A stretch of DNA of 64,000 nucleotides from an uncultured Alphaproteobacteria bacterium (GCA_905236245.1 CAJOPC010000004.1:6079-70078), one strand, 5' to 3'; numbered from the stretch's first letter, positions 40,071 through 48,832 are shown. Translations and numbers: made by a program. Notes: generated from the sequence alone by a model not told the origin.

Positions 40071-40231
40071 GAGAGGCGGTTGGAAGCTCGAAAACTATCA
40101 GATAGAATAGTGCGACATATTTCGGTGTTAACACCTTTATTTTGTCACCTTCCAACCACGTGATTGGAATTTTTCGTCCTTGGACGCTATCTGAAAGGCT
40201 TTCGAGACCTTAGATCGGGAATCACCCAATC
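40071..40231 (-). other. About 160-bp structured MITE-like insert in the P3 5'UTR (absent from the otherwise identical P2 leader)
   Basis: Flanked by sequence shared with the P2 leader. It contains a perfect 12-bp palindrome GGTGTTAACACC, a near-palindrome TTCCAACCACGTGATTGGAA, and outer inverted arms CTCGAAA...CAGATAG / CTATCTG...TTTCGAG. Confidence 0.55.
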
Positions 40232-40238
40232 CAAAGTC

Positions 40239-40267
40239 ATTATATGTCATCCATTTTTAAATAGCAA
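40239..40267 (-). promoter_or_regulatory. Consensus sigma70 promoter of P3 (same module as P2)
   Basis: TTGCTA...TATAAT, identical to the P2 promoter sequence. Confidence 0.6.
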
Positions 40268-40269
40268 CA

Positions 40270-40300
40270 AAAAAAGCCCCGATTACTCAGGGCTTTTATT
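40270..40300 (-). terminator. Terminator of the PFOR gene
   Basis: AGCCCC-gattactca-GGGCT hairpin plus T-run, immediately downstream of the stop at 40316. Confidence 0.6.
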
Positions 40301-40315
40301 TATTATCGGAAAGAT

Positions 40316-43300
40316 TTATTTTTCTTCCCCGGCCAGTTGTTTGTAGTATGCCCAACGGTCATCCACTTGCTTTTGAGCCTGTTTCAACAATTCCTCATAG
40401 TGTTCCGGATCTTGTTGTTTCACATACTTAAAGCGTGTTTCTGTGGCCATAAAATCGGCGACAGGAATGCTTGGCTTACTATCTAACTGGAATGGATTTT
40501 TACCTTCCGCTTTCAGGCGCGGATCAAAACGATACAATGGCCACAAGCCGGATTTCACCGCCAATTGTTGATGGTTCAATCCTTCCTTACCGATATCATA
40601 CCCATGGTTGATACAGTGGCTGTAAGCAATGATCAAGCTTGGTCCATTAAAGGATTCGGCTTCGTTCATGGCTTTCAAAGCTTGAGCATCATTAGCACCC
40701 AAGGAAATGCTTGCCACATAAACTTCGCCCGAACTCATGGCAATGGCGCCCAAGTCTTTGCGTGGCAAGCTGCTGCCCGACACGGCAAACTTAGCGGACG
40801 CACCAATCGGTGTTGCTTTAGAACGTTGTCCACCAGTGTTGGAATAAACCTCGGTATCCATGACCATAATGTTCACATTCTTGCCAGAGTACAAAGCGTG
40901 ATCTAAACCACCATAGCCGATATCATAGGCCCAACCGTCACCGCCCAAAATCCACACGGATTTTTTAACGAGATAGTCGGCATGTTCGCTCATCAATTTC
41001 ACACGATCACCAGACAAGGTTGCCAATTTTTCTTTCAACGCTTTCACACGATCACGTTGAGCGGCAATACCTTCCTCTGTTGTTTGATCGGCATTTAAAA
41101 TACTGTCAGCCAATTCGGCACCAACTTGGTCTTTCAATTCGCCCAATAACTGAATTGCAAATTCAATTTTGGAATCAACCGAAGTACGCATACCTAAACC
41201 AAACTCAGCATTGTCTTCAAACAAACTGTTTGCCCAAGCGGGGCCTCTGCCTTCTTCATTTTGTGCATACGGTGTTGTCGGTAAGTTACCGCCATAGATG
41301 GAGGAACAACCTGTTGCATTGGCCACCAACAAACGATCACCAAAGAGCTGCGTCATCATCTTGACATACGGCGTTTCGCCACACCCAGCGCAAGCGCCAG
41401 AGAATTCAAACAATGGACGCATGAGTGCTACACTCTTCACCGCTTTTGGATTCAACTTGCTGCGATCCGCATCTGGCAATTGCATAAAGAAGTCAAAGTT
41501 CTTGATTTCTTGATCAATATGCTTTTCAATTGGCTCCATAACAAGCGTGTTTTTCGCTTTCATTGGGCAAACCTGCGTACACAAAGAACACCCTGTGCAA
41601 TCTTCTGGAGCTACCTGAACAATAAACTTGTTACCGGCAAAATCAGGTGTCTTATAATCCGAGGACTTAAAGCCCTCCGGCGCATTTGCCAATGTTTCTG
41701 GTTTAGCCACTTTTGCACGAATAGCGGCATGTGGACACACAGACACACATTTACCGCATTGGATACATGTTTCTGGATCCCAGCAAGGAATCTCCGTTGC
41801 CACACGGCGTTTTTCATAGCGAGCGGTATCGCTTGGCCACGTCCCATCCACAGTCCATTCAAACGCGGAGACAGGTAATTCATTTCCTTTTTCTTCAATG
41901 ATTTTACCCGTCACATTACGAATCAACTCTGGCGCAGTCGTTGGTACACCCGGTTGACGATGAATCTTGGAGTTTGCTTCTCCGATCTTCACTTCATACA
42001 AATGCTCCAAACTGGCATCCACGGCCTTGATGTTAGCATCCACCACTTCTTGACCTTTTTTCATATAGGTTTTTGTAATGGCTGCTTTAATCTTTTCAAT
42101 TGCCACATCCTTTGGCAACACGCCGGAAATAGCAAAGAAACAAGCCTGCATGATTGTGTTGATTCTGCGACCCATGCCTGTCTTACCGGCCACATCCACC
42201 GCATCAATGGCATACATTTTAATCTTCTTATCAATGATCTCTTGTTGCACCTCAATCGGTAAACTGTCCCATACTTGATCGGCAGGGGTTTGTGTATTCA
42301 ACAAGAACACAGAATTTGGTGCAGCCACCGCCAACAAATCAATCTTATGCAAGAATGGTTCATGGTGACAAGCCACAAAGTCAGCGGATGTAATCAAATA
42401 CGGCGCCTTAATCGGGCTCTTACCAAAGCGCAAGTGAGATGTTGTCATCGCACCCGACTTTTTGGAATCATACACAAAGTATGCTTGCCCATACATATCA
42501 TCGGCATCTGCAATAATTTTGATAGAGTTCTTATTTGCACCAACAGTACCATCAGAACCCAAACCAAAGAAGATACAACGACTGAGGTCTTGGGCTGGTA
42601 AATTCCAAGTGGCATCATAATCCAAAGATCCATTTGTCACATCATCATTGATACCAACGGTGAAGTGATTCTTTTCCACGTTTTCAAACACAGCTTTTGC
42701 CATAGCGGGCGTGAATTCTTTGGAGGAAATTCCATAACGGCCACCCAACACTTTTGGCATAGCGCGGCCATTGACAGCCCCTTCGGCCAAAGCGGATACA
42801 ACATCCAAGTACAAAGGTTCACCAACGGAACCAGCTTCTTTTGTTCTGTCTAATACTGTCACATATTTCACGGATTCAGGCAAAGCCGCCACAAATGCTT
42901 TGGATGGGAACGGACGATACAAATGTACCGCCACAACACCATATTTACCACCATTGGCATTCAAGGCTTTTACTGTTTCAGATAATGTTTCTACACCGGA
43001 ACCCATAGCAACCACAACATGTTCAGCATCTTTGGCGCCAACATAATCCACAATATGATAAGCACGGCCAGTGACTTCTTCAAACTTGCGCATACATTTT
43101 TCAACGATTTCTGGGCAAGCCTGATAATACTTGTTTGCAGCTTCTTTAATTTGGAAGAATACATCCGGATTCTGAGCTGTACCACGAACCTTTGGATGAT
43201 CCGGCGTCAAAGCGTTCTTACCTGTAAAGTCTGTTGGAATATCCGCCATCAAAGCCTTCAAATCATCATCACTCATCATATTGATTTTGTTGATTTCGTG

Positions 43301-43828
43301 GGATGTGCGGAATCCATCAAAGAAATGCAAGAACGGAATGCGTGACAAATATGTGGACATTTGCGCCACCGCGGCCAAATCATGTGCTTCCTGAACCGAG
43401 TTGGAAGCCAACATTGCAAATCCCGTTTGACGGCAAGCCATCACATCCGAGTGATCACCAAAAATGGACAAAGCATGTCCTGCAACAGTACGAGCCGCCA
43501 CATGCATCACAAATGGCAACAATTCGCCAGCAATCTTGTACATATTCGGAATCATCAACAACAAACCTTGGCTGGCGGTATAAGTTGTGGTCATAGATCC
43601 AGCTTGCAAAGCCCCATGCACGGCACCGATAGCTCCAGCTTCAGATTGCATTTCCAAAACTTGCGGCACTTTGCCCCAAATGTTTTGTTGTTTACCGGCC
43701 GCCCAAGCGTCCGCCCATTCGCCCATTGGAGAAGATGGCGTAATCGGATAAATAATGGAAAGTTCGTTCAATTTATATGCCACTGTAGCAGCGGCTTCGT
43801 TTGCATCAAGCATTTTTGTTTTAGACAT
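40316..43828 (-). CDS. nifJ: Pyruvate:ferredoxin (flavodoxin) oxidoreductase, single-polypeptide PFOR
   Basis: About 1170 aa. Two 4Fe-4S ferredoxin motifs (CIQCGKCVSVCP, CTGCSLCTQVCP). TPP-binding GDGW motif. The start is set at MSKTKMLD (43826-43828 rev). Confidence 0.92.
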   Translation of the reverse strand: MSKTKMLDANEAAATVAYKLNELSIIYPITPSSPMGEWADAWAAGKQQNIWGKVPQVLEMQSEAGAIGAVHGALQAGSMTTTYTASQGLLLMIPNMYKIAGELLPFVMHVAARTVAGHALSIFGDHSDVMACRQTGFAMLASNSVQEAHDLAAVAQMSTYLSRIPFLHFFDGFRTSHEINKINMMSDDDLKALMADIPTDFTGKNALTPDHPKVRGTAQNPDVFFQIKEAANKYYQACPEIVEKCMRKFEEVTGRAYHIVDYVGAKDAEHVVVAMGSGVETLSETVKALNANGGKYGVVAVHLYRPFPSKAFVAALPESVKYVTVLDRTKEAGSVGEPLYLDVVSALAEGAVNGRAMPKVLGGRYGISSKEFTPAMAKAVFENVEKNHFTVGINDDVTNGSLDYDATWNLPAQDLSRCIFFGLGSDGTVGANKNSIKIIADADDMYGQAYFVYDSKKSGAMTTSHLRFGKSPIKAPYLITSADFVACHHEPFLHKIDLLAVAAPNSVFLLNTQTPADQVWDSLPIEVQQEIIDKKIKMYAIDAVDVAGKTGMGRRINTIMQACFFAISGVLPKDVAIEKIKAAITKTYMKKGQEVVDANIKAVDASLEHLYEVKIGEANSKIHRQPGVPTTAPELIRNVTGKIIEEKGNELPVSAFEWTVDGTWPSDTARYEKRRVATEIPCWDPETCIQCGKCVSVCPHAAIRAKVAKPETLANAPEGFKSSDYKTPDFAGNKFIVQVAPEDCTGCSLCTQVCPMKAKNTLVMEPIEKHIDQEIKNFDFFMQLPDADRSKLNPKAVKSVALMRPLFEFSGACAGCGETPYVKMMTQLFGDRLLVANATGCSSIYGGNLPTTPYAQNEEGRGPAWANSLFEDNAEFGLGMRTSVDSKIEFAIQLLGELKDQVGAELADSILNADQTTEEGIAAQRDRVKALKEKLATLSGDRVKLMSEHADYLVKKSVWILGGDGWAYDIGYGGLDHALYSGKNVNIMVMDTEVYSNTGGQRSKATPIGASAKFAVSGSSLPRKDLGAIAMSSGEVYVASISLGANDAQALKAMNEAESFNGPSLIIAYSHCINHGYDIGKEGLNHQQLAVKSGLWPLYRFDPRLKAEGKNPFQLDSKPSIPVADFMATETRFKYVKQQDPEHYEELLKQAQKQVDDRWAYYKQLAGEEK

Positions 43829-43894
43829 GTTTTTCCTTTCAAAAATTGATGGCAATTTTATACAACTTTTTTTCATAAATTGCAAGCATAAAAT

Positions 43895-43928
43895 CTTAAA
43901 AAAATCCCCATCTTTTTGACGGGGATTT
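43895..43928 (-). terminator. Terminator of P4
   Basis: ATCCCCgtcaaaaagatGGGGAT hairpin plus T-run on the minus strand. Confidence 0.6.
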
Positions 43929-43998
43929 GAACAAAACATTTTTCCTATATTCTCGTTTGATAATTCACAACAATTTCACCTACACAAAAATATAAAAA

Positions 43999-44715
43999 TC
44001 ATTGATTACATGTGTCAGGAGACCAACTACCCCCAGGGGTCACTTCACCAGCACAACATCCCCAAGACCAACTTCCACCATCACACTCCGGCCCATGTCG
44101 AGATAAACAATATGGGGTTGTATCTTTTGGACAACAAATATAGCCTATACACACATTGTTTTCATCGTACTTGTAACAAACGGGTTCAGTTCCCGGAGTG
44201 GTACAACATAAATCTGATCCATCTAGCCCTTTACCTTCAAATACTTCACCATTACAACATGTATAATTATCTCCATATGAAAAACGACCACTCAAATAAG
44301 GCTTTCCTCCACTGGGGCAACACAAAGACCAGTTATAAACACAATTTCCATCAGCATCACGAGTAAAACAAAAAAGGGTGCCGGTGCAACACATTGAAGC
44401 CCACGACCCTACTTGGCGAGAAGCCGATTCTCCTGCTGGGCAACAAAAATTCAATTCTTCATTACAACACTGGTATTCGCCTGATTCGTTCTGACTACAT
44501 ACATTATCACCATAACAACAACCTTTACCGCACTTAACACCATCTGAGCACGTCTCCTCTGAATCACTATCTTTTCCACTAAAATGCACACCGATAGAAT
44601 CAACGCCTACGCCACGATAAACGGAAGATTTGCGACTCTTTCCTCCTCCGCCGCCAAAGGCTAAAACAGAGGTTGCTACCAAAATTGCCATTCCAAATAA
44701 TAATACCTTTTTCAT
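43999..44715 (-). CDS. Secreted cysteine-rich protein, family member P4 (conserved leader plus tandem CC-x-G repeat C-terminal domain)
   Basis: MKKVLLFGMAILVATSVLAFGGGGGKSRKSSVYRGVGVDSIGVHF leader. The C-terminus contains many CC pairs (CCYGDN, CCNEE, CCPAGE, CCTGT, CCPSGG, CCNGE, CCTTPG, CCPKD, CCAGE). AGGAG RBS. It lies 18 nt downstream of the preceding gene. Confidence 0.8.
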   Translation of the reverse strand: MKKVLLFGMAILVATSVLAFGGGGGKSRKSSVYRGVGVDSIGVHFSGKDSDSEETCSDGVKCGKGCCYGDNVCSQNESGEYQCCNEELNFCCPAGESASRQVGSWASMCCTGTLFCFTRDADGNCVYNWSLCCPSGGKPYLSGRFSYGDNYTCCNGEVFEGKGLDGSDLCCTTPGTEPVCYKYDENNVCIGYICCPKDTTPYCLSRHGPECDGGSWSWGCCAGEVTPGGSWSPDTCNQ

Positions 44716-44733
44716 ATTAATCTCCTAAAAAAT

Positions 44734-45156
44734 TTAATGGTGATGATGATGGTGCCTGATTGTCCGCAAATAATCCTGTCTTTCACGATACGAATCTTGA
44801 TAAGTGGATTCATCACGTTCCATTTCGGCATGCTCTTGAATACATGTCCATAACGCCTCTTTTGAAATAGCGCTATCTTTAAAGTAATTCTCACAAGTCG
44901 TGTTTAACTTATCAATTTTTTGCTCAATTCTATCTGCCAATTCTTTGCTAACGGAACCTGACATATGATACAAACGCCTAAATAATTTTTCATAAAACAA
45001 ATGGCACTTCATATTCTGTTCTGAACCAGGCTGAAAACCCAACACTTCTTCACATTGACGATTCAAAGCTTCTTGATAACGTGCCTCACCAATTCGATCA
45101 GAGTCTGCCATCGGGTTAAGTAACAAAGAAGTTAATAAAATACTTCCCCAAAACAC
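44734..45156 (-). CDS. Small secreted protein with a natural C-terminal hexahistidine tail (putative metal-binding), co-transcribed with P4
   Basis: GTG start with an AAGGAGG RBS. Hydrophobic N-terminus. Ends ...TIRHHHHHH-stop. The likely promoter TTGCAT-17-TATTAT is upstream. Confidence 0.6.
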   Translation of the reverse strand: MFWGSILLTSLLLNPMADSDRIGEARYQEALNRQCEEVLGFQPGSEQNMKCHLFYEKLFRRLYHMSGSVSKELADRIEQKIDKLNTTCENYFKDSAISKEALWTCIQEHAEMERDESTYQDSYRERQDYLRTIRHHHHHH

Positions 45157-45261
45157 AAAAGCCTCCTTTTTTTAATGATTTACATGAAAGTATAATACCA
45201 TACATGAAATAAAATGCAAGCACTTATTTCGTTTTCGGGAATCATTTGAAATTATTTTAAA

Positions 45262-46410
45262 TCAATAATTAGATTTTCCTTGATTAAAAAAACCTAAATG
45301 CCGGTTTGTCTTACCTATTTGATTAAAAGAAACTTCCACCATTTTGGTGTAATTAATTCTTTTATCTTTATCTTTAGAAATAATTTGCTCTACACTTACT
45401 CTGGATTCACCAACTTTAGCAAAAATACCATGGAAATACCGCTTAAAAGAAGCAACCAACTCACGCAACTGAACCGGATTCGATGCTTCTCGGACTAAGT
45501 CCGATGCAAACGAAGTCACAGCAGCGCGCTTTAAATCAAGCAACTGTCGTTCCCGCGCGGCGGGAGAAAGATGAATGACTTTATCATACAATCCTTCATC
45601 AATCAATTTAGCAGATTTCAAATACTCCAAAGCGGTTACAATACGCACCTGAGCTCTTTGAAATAAACACTCTTCCTTTTTACCATGAATGTATTGGAAA
45701 GCAACCGGTCGCAAACCATAATCACGAATATCCGCCAAGGCTTTATAAATTCGAAAATTATTTAATTTCTGCAAAGCGCTAGAAGCGCGCATTGTTCTAA
45801 CTCCTAAAGGGGAACGACCTTTTCCGATCGCCATTTTATTCATCCACACCCAACCCGCATCTTCATCAACAGGAGTCGCCCGTTGGCACATTAACTCATC
45901 TACAACACTCACCTTTCCCTTTTGATCTGTGCGCACTTCTTCCATATACAATGCAGTGCTTAAGGCTGCAACCAATTTAATTGGTTTGTCCAAACGAAGA
46001 CATAAATTTATATAAGCATCAAAATTTTGATCAGCCAAATACTTTAAAAGCAAGGAAACTTTTTTTGGGGGCGTAGAAATAAACGCAGCTCCCGCATTCT
46101 CTGGATTCTGAATAGAATTTTGAATTTCTTCCGTTACCATGGAATCTTGCCAACGTTCCATATGATTAAATAATGCTTCATAATCCACAGGATCCACCAA
46201 TCCAAAAACAGCAAACAAAGGTAAATCAGAATAGCTATGATACGCCCGCCACGCAACCAAATCTTTGGCATGCGCTTTCGAATCAAAAAACTTTTTCATG
46301 ATCCTTCTCTGAGACAACCGAACTCGTTCTGAATTCAATGTATCTCTGGCAACTTCTACGCGTTGTATCCATTGAAAATCTCGTTTATCATTTGCCATCA
46401 TACACTCCAA
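45262..46410 (-). CDS. Hypothetical protein (382 aa)
   Basis: Long ORF. I recognise no family. Confidence 0.45.
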   Translation of the reverse strand: MECMMANDKRDFQWIQRVEVARDTLNSERVRLSQRRIMKKFFDSKAHAKDLVAWRAYHSYSDLPLFAVFGLVDPVDYEALFNHMERWQDSMVTEEIQNSIQNPENAGAAFISTPPKKVSLLLKYLADQNFDAYINLCLRLDKPIKLVAALSTALYMEEVRTDQKGKVSVVDELMCQRATPVDEDAGWVWMNKMAIGKGRSPLGVRTMRASSALQKLNNFRIYKALADIRDYGLRPVAFQYIHGKKEECLFQRAQVRIVTALEYLKSAKLIDEGLYDKVIHLSPAARERQLLDLKRAAVTSFASDLVREASNPVQLRELVASFKRYFHGIFAKVGESRVSVEQIISKDKDKRINYTKMVEVSFNQIGKTNRHLGFFNQGKSNY

Positions 46411-46517
46411 ACAAAACTAATTGGTCGCTATTGTACAAGATTTTTTAATTATGTCAAGTTTTTACATACTATAAAAAGCCCCACCAGTTGGCAGGGCTTT
46501 CGTATTGTCTGAAAAAA

Positions 46518-47702
46518 TTACTTTTCCAAAATGGCAACACCCGGCAAAGATTTGCCTTCCATCCATTCCAAGAAAGCACCACCGGCCGCAGACACATAGG
46601 TCATGTCGGCTTTTACACCTGCTTTTTTTAAAGCGGAAACGGTATCACCACCGCCTGCGACGGATGTCAAAGCGCCGGCCTTTGTTTGATCGGCCACCAC
46701 TTTGGCAATTTCGTTTGTGGCTTTGTCAAAAGGTTTGATTTCAAATGCGCCCACCGGGCCGTTCCAAATCAATGTCTTTGCATTTTTAATCACATCAGCA
46801 AAAGCAGCCACAGATTTTTCTCCAATATCTAACAATACTTTGCCGGCAGGTACCGCATTTACATCGGATGTATGGGGCTCTTGACCTTCAGCAAAGGCAT
46901 CGGCCCATACCAAATCTACAGGCAAAACAATTTTGCAATTACCGGCATTAGCCAAAATGTTTTTAGCTGTATCAATCATATCTGGTTCAACCAAAGAGCC
47001 TTCGCCCATTGGAATTCCTTGTGCAGCCAAAAAAGTATGAGCCATACCGCCACCAATGAGCAAGTAATCTACTTTCTTCACCAAGTTACCCAATAAATCC
47101 AATTTCGTGGAAACTTTGCTACCACCCACCAAAGCAACGGCTGGATGGACAGGGTTACCCAAAGCTTTGTCCAAAGCCTCCAATTCTTCCTGCATCAAAC
47201 GACCTGCGCCATTTGGCAACAAATGTGCCATACCTTCTGTGGAGGCATGCGCACGATGTGCCGTTGAGAAAGCATCATTGATATAAATATCCATACCATG
47301 TGCCAAACTTTCGGCGAATTCGCGATCGTTGGCTTCTTCTCCTTCATAGAAGCGTAAGTTTTCCAACAAAATAACTTCGCCTGGTTGCATAGCTGCTACA
47401 GCAGCATCACGAGCTTCGCCCACACAATCGTCAATGAATTTCACGGAAACACCTGCCGCTTTTTCCAAAGCAGGAGCCAAAAAAGCCATAGAAAATTCCG
47501 GATTCTTTTGACCTTTCGGACGACCAAAGTGACTAGCCACCACGGCTTTACCACCATGTTCAATAATATATTTCAAAGTCGGCACAAAACGATCGATACG
47601 AGTTGTATCTGTGATTTGTCCATCCTTGGCAGGCACATTCAAGTCTGCACGAATAAAAACTGTTTTACCGTTAAAATCAAAATTATCCAAAGTATTAAAC
47701 AT
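46518..47702 (-). CDS. pgk: Phosphoglycerate kinase
   Basis: MFNTLDNFDFNGKTVFIRADLNVP N-terminus and conserved Pgk motifs throughout. The start is set at the internal Met. Confidence 0.95.
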   Translation of the reverse strand: MFNTLDNFDFNGKTVFIRADLNVPAKDGQITDTTRIDRFVPTLKYIIEHGGKAVVASHFGRPKGQKNPEFSMAFLAPALEKAAGVSVKFIDDCVGEARDAAVAAMQPGEVILLENLRFYEGEEANDREFAESLAHGMDIYINDAFSTAHRAHASTEGMAHLLPNGAGRLMQEELEALDKALGNPVHPAVALVGGSKVSTKLDLLGNLVKKVDYLLIGGGMAHTFLAAQGIPMGEGSLVEPDMIDTAKNILANAGNCKIVLPVDLVWADAFAEGQEPHTSDVNAVPAGKVLLDIGEKSVAAFADVIKNAKTLIWNGPVGAFEIKPFDKATNEIAKVVADQTKAGALTSVAGGGDTVSALKKAGVKADMTYVSAAGGAFLEWMEGKSLPGVAILEK

Positions 47703-47822
47703 TTTTGTCCTTTCTTTTGTTAAAATAATTGTGTCCATTGTTTTAATCTTTTTTTAAAAAAATTGCAAGAGGAATTTATTTGAAGCCTTAACAAAAATCC
47801 CCCGACAAATCGGGGGAAAATA

Positions 47823-48737
47823 TTACAGGACACACGTATCGGGTTCATTTTTTGATCCTGGGGTAACTGTTCCAGGACAACATCTCCAAGAGGCACCACC
47901 ACAACATCCCTCATATCGGGAGACACAATAAGGCGTTTCTCCTTCACTACAACATGCTGCTTGATAATAGTAATTTTGTTGAATAAAAAACGATGTTACA
48001 CAATCTGCCTTGCCACATGCATATCCATATCCTCTACATTTTTCTCCGTTGGTTTCATATTCTGCACAATATCCTTTTTCTCCCTCTGCACAACAAATAT
48101 GTACAGTACAATTACCTGCATCATCATACTCCGCACAAACTGGTTTTTTCCCATCATAACAGCACAAATCAGCCCCATCCACGCCTTTCTCTTTATAAAC
48201 TTTTCCTCCATTAGAACAACACATATATTGATCTCCATAAGAAAATTTACCATTTATATAAGGCTCTCCATCACAACATAAATACTCTTTAGTACCATCA
48301 TCACGTTCATAAGGGCCATATACTTTCCCTCCAGTTGGGCAACAAGAAGTAGACGTACAATTATCTTCTGCATCTTTATAACTGCAAAACAATTTCCCAG
48401 CACAGCAAGTCGTCTCCCAATATCCTCTGAAGATACGATATGCTCCACCACTTATTGGGCAACAATGATTTAATTCTTCACTGCAGCACTGATACTCGCC
48501 AGACTCATTCTGCTTGCACACATTATCACCATAACAACAACCGCTGCCACATTTGATACCATCAGAACAGGTCTCTTTTCCTGAATCGTCATCTTTTCCA
48601 TTAAAATGTACACCGATAGAATCAATACCTGTGCCGCGGTAGACAGATGCCTTTCGACTTTTTCCGCCCCCACCACCAAAGGCAAAAACCGATGTTGCCA
48701 CCAAAATTGCCGTTCCGAATAATAAAACTTTTTTCAT
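47823..48737 (-). CDS. Secreted cysteine-rich protein, family member P5 (conserved leader plus CC-x-G repeat domain, P4-like)
   Basis: MKKVLLFGTAILVATSVFAFGGGGGKSRKASVYRGTGIDSIGVHFNGKDDDSGKETCSDGIKCGSGCCYGDNVC parallels P4. The C-terminus is longer and repeat-rich. Confidence 0.8.
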   Translation of the reverse strand: MKKVLLFGTAILVATSVFAFGGGGGKSRKASVYRGTGIDSIGVHFNGKDDDSGKETCSDGIKCGSGCCYGDNVCKQNESGEYQCCSEELNHCCPISGGAYRIFRGYWETTCCAGKLFCSYKDAEDNCTSTSCCPTGGKVYGPYERDDGTKEYLCCDGEPYINGKFSYGDQYMCCSNGGKVYKEKGVDGADLCCYDGKKPVCAEYDDAGNCTVHICCAEGEKGYCAEYETNGEKCRGYGYACGKADCVTSFFIQQNYYYQAACCSEGETPYCVSRYEGCCGGASWRCCPGTVTPGSKNEPDTCVL

Positions 48738-48832
48738 CTTTTATCCTTTCTTTATTAAATTACAAAACACCCCTGCCTTACGGCACGGTTTAATTCATCG
48801 GCGTCGCCGATTTTGCTCGGCAAGCTTTTAAT

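Noticed and set aside
43361-43849. 162-aa plus-strand ORF (and many other 60-130-aa ORFs between 40565 and 43600)
   Set aside because: They lie inside, and antisense to, the well-supported PFOR gene.
44734-45156. The His6 tail as a cloning-vector or expression-tag contamination
   Set aside because: The flanking sequence is native AT-rich genomic DNA on both sides, and there are no vector features such as a T7 promoter, an MCS, or a thrombin or TEV site. The tag is followed directly by the native stop and the RBS of the next gene. It is therefore kept as a genuine feature, though read-level verification is advised.
38350-48737. Repetitive N-terminal coding segments as a CRISPR array or non-coding repeat
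   Set aside because: The repeats are about 130 nt long, in-frame and protein-coding, with variable lengths between copies. They lack the short repeat-spacer periodicity of a CRISPR array.
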